From Sulfurihydrogenibium sp. (GTDB lineage: Bacteria > Aquificota > Aquificia > Aquificales > Hydrogenothermaceae): a stretch of 24,951 bases of DNA. The notes beneath the pieces were generated by a model. That model did not search any database, was not told the DNA's origin, and was given only the letters and a program-made list of their open reading frames with translations. A program made the translations under genes and the position numbers. Shown piece after piece: positions 19,557 through 24,951 of the stretch (positions within the stretch are counted from its first letter, which is position 1; each line of letters begins with the position of its first letter). The DNA lies in the NCBI GenBank assembly GCA_037442825.1, contig JBBIPN010000012.1, positions 1 through 24,951 on the forward strand. Reading direction: 5' to 3'.

Positions 19557-21077
19557 CTAAAATAAGTTTTCATTAACTTTATAGTTTAATGCTTCGTGAA
19601 CATGTTTCAATTTAATATCTTCACTATTTTCAAGGTCTGCTATTGTTCTTGCTACTTTTAGTATTTTGTTATAACTTCTTGCTGTAAGGTTAAATCTTTT
19701 TACTGCATTTTTAAGTAAATCTAATATATCTTCTGATACTTTACAATACTCTTGTATATGTGTAGGTGTCATTTGACTGTTAAACTTTATTTTATCATTT
19801 TTAAATCTATTCCGTTGTATCTCTACAGCTTTTAAAACTTTATTTCTTATAACTTTTGAACTTTCTCCACTTGGTTTGTTAACTAAATCTGTAGTGGGTA
19901 CTGGTAAAACTGTAACAGCTAAGTCTATTCTATCAAGTAATGGACCTGACATCTTTCCTAAGTATCTTTTAATTTCATTTAGTGTACATTTACATTCTTT
20001 GTTTGGGTCTAATTTATAACCACAAGGACATGGGTTTGCTGCAGCTATCAATTGGAAGTTTGCTGGAAAATCTATTTTTCCGGTAGCTCTTGAAATAGTA
20101 ACTACTTTGTCTTCTAAAGGTTGTCTTAAAACTTCTAATGTTGTTCTTTTAAATTCTGGTAGTTCATCTAAAAATAAAACACCATTATGGGCTAATGATA
20201 TTTCTCCAGGTTTTGGAAAGCTTCCACCACCTATCAATGCAACATCACTTATTGTATGGTGTGGTGCTCTAAAGGGTCTACATTTTACAATGTTTTCTCT
20301 TAAAATACCTGCTATACTATGTATTTTTGTAACTTCTATAGCTTCTTCGAAGGTAAGTGGTGGTAGTATAGATAAAAATCTTCTTGCAAGCATCGTTTTA
20401 CCAGAACCTGGGGAACCTATCATTAAAACATTATGAAAACCAGCTGCAGCTATTTCAAGACATCTTTTTACAGTATACTGTCCTTTTACTTCTGCAAAAT
20501 CTCCAATATTTTCAAGACTACACTCTAAAACTTCATCTAAATCTACGTTAACAGGGTATTTTTCTAAATCTTCATTTAAAAAATCTACAATCTCTTTTAA
20601 GTTAGAAAATCCATAAACGTTTAAACCTTTTACTAAAGCTGCTTCTTTTTCGTTTTCTTTTGGAAGTATAAACCTTTTAAAGCCTAACTCTTTTAGTTTA
20701 ATTGCTACCGGCAATACGCCGTTGATAGGTCTTAAGTCTCCATTTAGTGCAAGCTCTCCAATAAATGCTGTATTTTCTAAACTTTCTTCTTTTATAATTC
20801 CTGATGCTGTAAGTATTCCAACAGATATAGGTAAATCGTATAATGTGCCTATCTTAACAATATTTGCAGGTGCTAAGTTTACCGTTATTTTTTTAACAGG
20901 AAATTTAAAACCTATATTCTCTATTGCAGATTTAACTCTTTCTCTACTTTCCTTTACAGCTGTATCTGGTAATCCTACTGTTATAAACTGTGGAAGTCCT
21001 TGAGAAATATTAACTTCAACATCAACTTTATAACCATCTATCCCAAAGATACCACCACTATTTACTACTGAAAGCAT
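19557..21077 (-). CDS. comM: YifB/ComM family Mg-chelatase-like AAA+ ATPase
   Basis: VGLPDTAVKESRERV, ITVNLAPA, GELALNG, GSPGSGKT, RAPHHT, GEISLAHNGVLFLDELPEF, NPCPCG, SGPLLDRID and ARTIADL. Confidence 0.95.
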   Translation of the reverse strand: MLSVVNSGGIFGIDGYKVDVEVNISQGLPQFITVGLPDTAVKESRERVKSAIENIGFKFPVKKITVNLAPANIVKIGTLYDLPISVGILTASGIIKEESLENTAFIGELALNGDLRPINGVLPVAIKLKELGFKRFILPKENEKEAALVKGLNVYGFSNLKEIVDFLNEDLEKYPVNVDLDEVLECSLENIGDFAEVKGQYTVKRCLEIAAAGFHNVLMIGSPGSGKTMLARRFLSILPPLTFEEAIEVTKIHSIAGILRENIVKCRPFRAPHHTISDVALIGGGSFPKPGEISLAHNGVLFLDELPEFKRTTLEVLRQPLEDKVVTISRATGKIDFPANFQLIAAANPCPCGYKLDPNKECKCTLNEIKRYLGKMSGPLLDRIDLAVTVLPVPTTDLVNKPSGESSKVIRNKVLKAVEIQRNRFKNDKIKFNSQMTPTHIQEYCKVSEDILDLLKNAVKRFNLTARSYNKILKVARTIADLENSEDIKLKHVHEALNYKVNENLF

Positions 21078-24000
21078 TTTGCTCCTCTAAGCTTTCTTTT
21101 TTATATTTATATACATCTAACGTGTAAACATTTGATATTCCATCTTTAGCAGAAACACCTATCATTCTATCTGCAAAACTTGCCATAGAGTCTCTATGGG
21201 TTATTACTATAAACTGTGCTTCCTTTGAAAGCTCTTTCATAAGTTGACCTACTTTTCTTGCATTCGCATCATCTAACGCTGCATCTACTTCATCAAAGTA
21301 GTAAAATGGTGCAGGTCTGTACTGTTGGACTGCAAAAAGGAAAGATAAAGCTGTTAATGTTTTTTCTCCACCAGACATCATCTCTAACCTTTTTACATCT
21401 TTACCTCTTGGTCTTGCTTTAAGTAAAACACCACCACTAAATGGATCTTGCTCGTTTTCAAGTTCTAAATAAGCTTTACCAGAAGGTGATAGAATCTTAA
21501 AGTTTTTATTTAAATTTTTGTTTATATTCTCAAAAACTTCCAGAAATGCTAAAACTTTTTTCTTTTCAAGACTTTCTATAAGTTCTTCTATAGACCTTTT
21601 TTCTTGAAGCAGTATATCTAATTTTTCTTTTATATCATTAAACCTTTTAAGTTCTTCTTCATAGTCTTCAATAGCTTTTTCATTTATAGATCCTAAATTT
21701 TTTCTTTTTTCAACAAATTCTTTTAGAAGTTTTTCAAGCTGTTTTAGATCTGCTTCTATTGGTTCACCTTCATAGTACTCTTTAAGTATTAAAATTTCTT
21801 CTTCTAAATCTGATATTTTTTGTTCAATTTTTGCTTTATCTTGAAGAGCTAACGTTGTTTGTCTGTTTATATTATCTTCTTCATATCTAAGATTTTTTAA
21901 TTTTTCTTTTAGGTTGGATATTTCATTTATTAAGTTTTCCCTTTCTTGTTCTTGGTTTTTAAGACCTTTCCAAAGATTGGAAAGTTCAGTTGTTAAATTT
22001 TGTATCTGTATTTTTATATCTTCTATCTCTTTTGTTTTTCTGTTTTTTTCTCCCTCAAGTTCTGATTTTTCATTTTCAATTTGGAAAACTCTAATCTTTA
22101 GAGATTCTTCTAATTTTGAGTTAATTAAACTAATTTTGTTTTCTATCTCTTGTTTTTTCTCTCTTAATGAATAAACTTTTTTTGTAATTTCTTCCCATTC
22201 TTTTCTAAGTTTATTTAAACCTAAACTTTCCATTTTAGAAAGTATTTCATTCTTTTTATTTTTTATTGTTGTTAATTCTTGATTTAATTTGTTGATTTTT
22301 TCATCAATTTGCTCTATGTTTGTTTCTATCTCTAAACTTTGTTTTTTTAATTTTAAAATCTCACTTTCTAAAAACTCTACTCTTATTTTTTTGTTTGTTA
22401 TCTCATTTGTAAGTTCTGATATTCTTTGCTCTATACTTGAAGATTCTGTTTTTATAATTAAAATTCTTTTTTCGTTTTCTGAAATCTTTTGGTTTATAAG
22501 TTTTATTTCATTTTCTATCTTATTTTCTTCTTCTTTTATTTTAGCATCTTCTTCTTCAAGTTTTTGCTTTTGTGCTTCTAATGTAGATTTTCCTATACTT
22601 ATGTGTTGTTTTTCTTCTCCACCTGATATTACACCAGATTTTTCAAAAATTTCTCCAGAAAGGGTTACCATTCTGTAATTTCCAATACCAAGAACTTTAG
22701 CAGTGTCAAAGTCTTCAATAATAACAGTGTCTTGAAATACGTATTTAACAGCTTTTTCTATTTTTTTATCGTAAATTACAAAATCTATAGCATAACCTAA
22801 AACACCATTTTTATAGGGTAATGGTGGGTTATTTCCTGTTTTAACTCTATTTAGTGGTATAAATGACAATCTACCTGATTTTTCTCTCTTTAAAATTTCT
22901 ATACATTTTTTAGCAACATCTTCATTCTCAACAACAATATTTTTTAACCTACCACCACCAGCAAATTCTATAGCTGTTTGTAGTTTATTATCTTTAAGAG
23001 ATATAAGTTCAGAAACTGGTCCATAAACACCTGGTATATTTTTAAAGAGTATTAAGCTTTTGTCTTCACGCATTTGGCTAAGTTGAGCAAGAATTGTTGC
23101 AAGTTGTTTAAAGTTGTTGTCTATTTTTTCTCTAATTTCTTTTAATTTTTTTTCAAGAGTATCTTTCCTAACTTTAAATCTGTTTATCTCACTTGTTAGA
23201 GATAAAATCTCATCGCTGCTGTTTTTAGTGTTTTTCTTTATATTTTCAATACTATTTCCTTTTTCTTCTATCTCTTGCTGTAATTTTTCAATTTCTCTTT
23301 TATAGTTTTCTATTTTTTCAATGATTGAAGTTAAAGATATTTTTGAATTTGTTTTTTCATTTTCTATTTTTTTAATATTGTCTAATATTTCTCTTTCTTG
23401 CTTTTCTACATTTCCAAGATTATTTTTAGCAGATGAACCAAAAAGTTCATACTCTTTTAGTCTCTGATTTTTTTCTTCTAGCTGGTTTTCATACTCTTGA
23501 ATTTCTCTACTAATATCTGGAATTTGTAATCTCAGTTCTTTTAAATGATTTTTTAGATTTAATATTTCTTTTATTTTTTCTTCTTTCTCTCTTTCTAAGT
23601 CCTTTATTTTTATCTCTATGTTGCTTATCTCCTTTTCAAGGGAGTCTTTTTTTTCATTTAAACTTTTTATCTGTGATGTTAAAGCTCCTTCTTTTTCTTT
23701 TATAGGTAAAAATGATTCTTGTATTTGATTTAATTTATTTTCAAGTTCTCTGATATTTGAAAGTATTTCTTTCTGTTTTTCAATATTTTTTTCTTTTGCT
23801 ATATATAGATTGTTTATTTCTGTTTCAATTTCTTCAAGATTTTTAAACTGTCTTTCTTTTTCTTTAATAAGATGGTAAAGTTTAGCTCCGTTTATTTTCT
23901 GTTCTGTATCTTTTATTTGTTGTTCTATATTTATTGCTAAAAGTGCTTCTTCTTTTTCTTGTTTTAATTTTTTTAATGTGTGTTCTATCTCCTTTAATAC

Positions 24001-24579
24001 AGATTTTACACTTTCTATTTTTTCTTCACTCTCTTTTAAATCTAGTAAAGCTTTTTGTTTTTTTTCTTCATACTGACTTATACCAGCTATATCACTTAAA
24101 AGTTCTCTCCTTTCTCCTGGTGTCATATTAACAAATTTGTATATATCCCCTTGTGTAACGATATTATGGCCTGATGTTGGAATACCTGCAAGGTTTAATA
24201 GCTCTTCTACTTCACTTTGTTTTACTGTTTTATCATTTATTTTATATATAGATTTCCCATTTAGTTCTACTTTCCTATAGATTCTAACTTCATCACTGTT
24301 TAGTGGAAATGTACCATCATTTTTAAAAACAATCTCAACTTCTGTATAAGGTGCTGATTTCCCTTTAGATGAAAATATCAGATCTGTTAGTTTTAAAGCT
24401 CTCATCGCTCTTGCTGTAGCAATTCCAAGACAAAAAACAATACTATCGCCAATATTACTTTTACCAGCACCATTTGGACCTACAATAGCTGTAAATCCAG
24501 GTCCAATAGGAATAGATAAATGTCTATCTCCATAAGACTTAAAACCGTAAACGTTTATTTTTTCTATGTATGTTTTCAT
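21058..24579 (-). CDS. smc: Chromosome segregation protein SMC
   Basis: GFKSY, GPNGAGKSN, VTQG, long coiled coils, hinge (GVYG, GRLSFIPL, RMVTLSGEIFEKSGVISGG), MSGGEK, YFDEVDAALD and VITH. Confidence 0.97.
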   Translation of the reverse strand: MKTYIEKINVYGFKSYGDRHLSIPIGPGFTAIVGPNGAGKSNIGDSIVFCLGIATARAMRALKLTDLIFSSKGKSAPYTEVEIVFKNDGTFPLNSDEVRIYRKVELNGKSIYKINDKTVKQSEVEELLNLAGIPTSGHNIVTQGDIYKFVNMTPGERRELLSDIAGISQYEEKKQKALLDLKESEEKIESVKSVLKEIEHTLKKLKQEKEEALLAINIEQQIKDTEQKINGAKLYHLIKEKERQFKNLEEIETEINNLYIAKEKNIEKQKEILSNIRELENKLNQIQESFLPIKEKEGALTSQIKSLNEKKDSLEKEISNIEIKIKDLEREKEEKIKEILNLKNHLKELRLQIPDISREIQEYENQLEEKNQRLKEYELFGSSAKNNLGNVEKQEREILDNIKKIENEKTNSKISLTSIIEKIENYKREIEKLQQEIEEKGNSIENIKKNTKNSSDEILSLTSEINRFKVRKDTLEKKLKEIREKIDNNFKQLATILAQLSQMREDKSLILFKNIPGVYGPVSELISLKDNKLQTAIEFAGGGRLKNIVVENEDVAKKCIEILKREKSGRLSFIPLNRVKTGNNPPLPYKNGVLGYAIDFVIYDKKIEKAVKYVFQDTVIIEDFDTAKVLGIGNYRMVTLSGEIFEKSGVISGGEEKQHISIGKSTLEAQKQKLEEEDAKIKEEENKIENEIKLINQKISENEKRILIIKTESSSIEQRISELTNEITNKKIRVEFLESEILKLKKQSLEIETNIEQIDEKINKLNQELTTIKNKKNEILSKMESLGLNKLRKEWEEITKKVYSLREKKQEIENKISLINSKLEESLKIRVFQIENEKSELEGEKNRKTKEIEDIKIQIQNLTTELSNLWKGLKNQEQERENLINEISNLKEKLKNLRYEEDNINRQTTLALQDKAKIEQKISDLEEEILILKEYYEGEPIEADLKQLEKLLKEFVEKRKNLGSINEKAIEDYEEELKRFNDIKEKLDILLQEKRSIEELIESLEKKKVLAFLEVFENINKNLNKNFKILSPSGKAYLELENEQDPFSGGVLLKARPRGKDVKRLEMMSGGEKTLTALSFLFAVQQYRPAPFYYFDEVDAALDDANARKVGQLMKELSKEAQFIVITHRDSMASFADRMIGVSAKDGISNVYTLDVYKYKKESLEEQNAFSSK

Positions 24580-24951
24580 ATCCTTTGATATATTGCACCT
24601 TTTGGATTTAATATGCTTTCAATTATATCAACAGTTAAAAATTTTTGCTTTAAAAAAATATCTTCTTCATATTTTTTTATCTTTTCGTAAAGTTGATTTT
24701 GTTTTAGATCTTTTATCCTAACTATCGTAATATGGGGAATAAATGGTTTTACTTCCTTTTTAAAACCAATTTTATAAAGGCTATCTTCAATTGACCTATT
24801 GATCTCTTTTAATTTTTGACTTTCCATAACTTTAAAGTATAAAACTCTATCAGAGAAAACACCTAAACCTTTAACAACTAAATCTATCTCATACTTTTGA
24901 ATAAGTAAGTTGTTTAAAGCATCTTTAATTTGAGATATTTTATCTTCTTCT
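24576..24951 (-). CDS. thpR: RNA 2',3'-cyclic phosphodiesterase (2H family), 3' part; start lies beyond the window
   Basis: The frame is open to the right edge (EEDKISQIKDAL...KGLGVFSDRVLY). Second 2H motif FIPHITI.R and C-terminal ES.L.P.GAIY. ATGA overlap with smc. Confidence 0.88.
   Translation of the reverse strand, partial: EEDKISQIKDALNNLLIQKYEIDLVVKGLGVFSDRVLYFKVMESQKLKEINRSIEDSLYKIGFKKEVKPFIPHITIVRIKDLKQNQLYEKIKKYEEDIFLKQKFLTVDIIESILNPKGAIYQRI

Noticed and set aside
20107..21003. Plus-strand ORFs 20107-20436 and 20722-21003
   Set aside because: Antisense shadows of comM.
21914..24131. Four hydrophobic plus-strand ORFs
   Set aside because: Antisense to Glu/Lys-rich SMC coiled-coil codons, not real membrane proteins.
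21058..24579. SMC as a Wadjet/MksB or SbcC-type defence or repair ATPase
   Set aside because: It has a canonical SMC hinge and housekeeping context, with no jet/mks or sbcD partners.

Overview
Very AT-rich (roughly 25-30% GC by eye), densely coding chromosomal segment. The CC-adding-type tRNA nucleotidyltransferase, the SMC and the low GC suggest Aquificota, Sulfurihydrogenibium/Hydrogenothermaceae-like (inference). Left minus-strand block: TamB-like protein; then a repeat-containing hypothetical protein, mtaB, a CoA-binding protein, folE, a hypothetical protein and a tRNA CC-adding enzyme (frameshifted at an A9 run); then a FadL/OmpP1 outer-membrane channel (frameshifted) and the 5' end of a secreted protein. 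Central plus-strand block: TPR protein, serS, polysaccharide deacetylase, GT4 glycosyltransferase and an MsbA-like ABC exporter whose true start appears to be a non-canonical ATC. Right minus-strand block: thpR (partial), smc, comM/yifB, a secreted hypothetical protein, a short sigma-70 factor, citrate synthase and a GT9 heptosyltransferase-like gene. I saw no RNA genes, mobile elements or CRISPR arrays. This is mostly core genome with no clear novel multi-gene system. The best leads are possible recoding events (which could also be sequencing errors), a CRP-like 11-6-11 palindrome between divergent promoters, an unannotated ~38-aa repeat protein in a tRNA-maturation operon, and a cyanobacterial-like citrate synthase.
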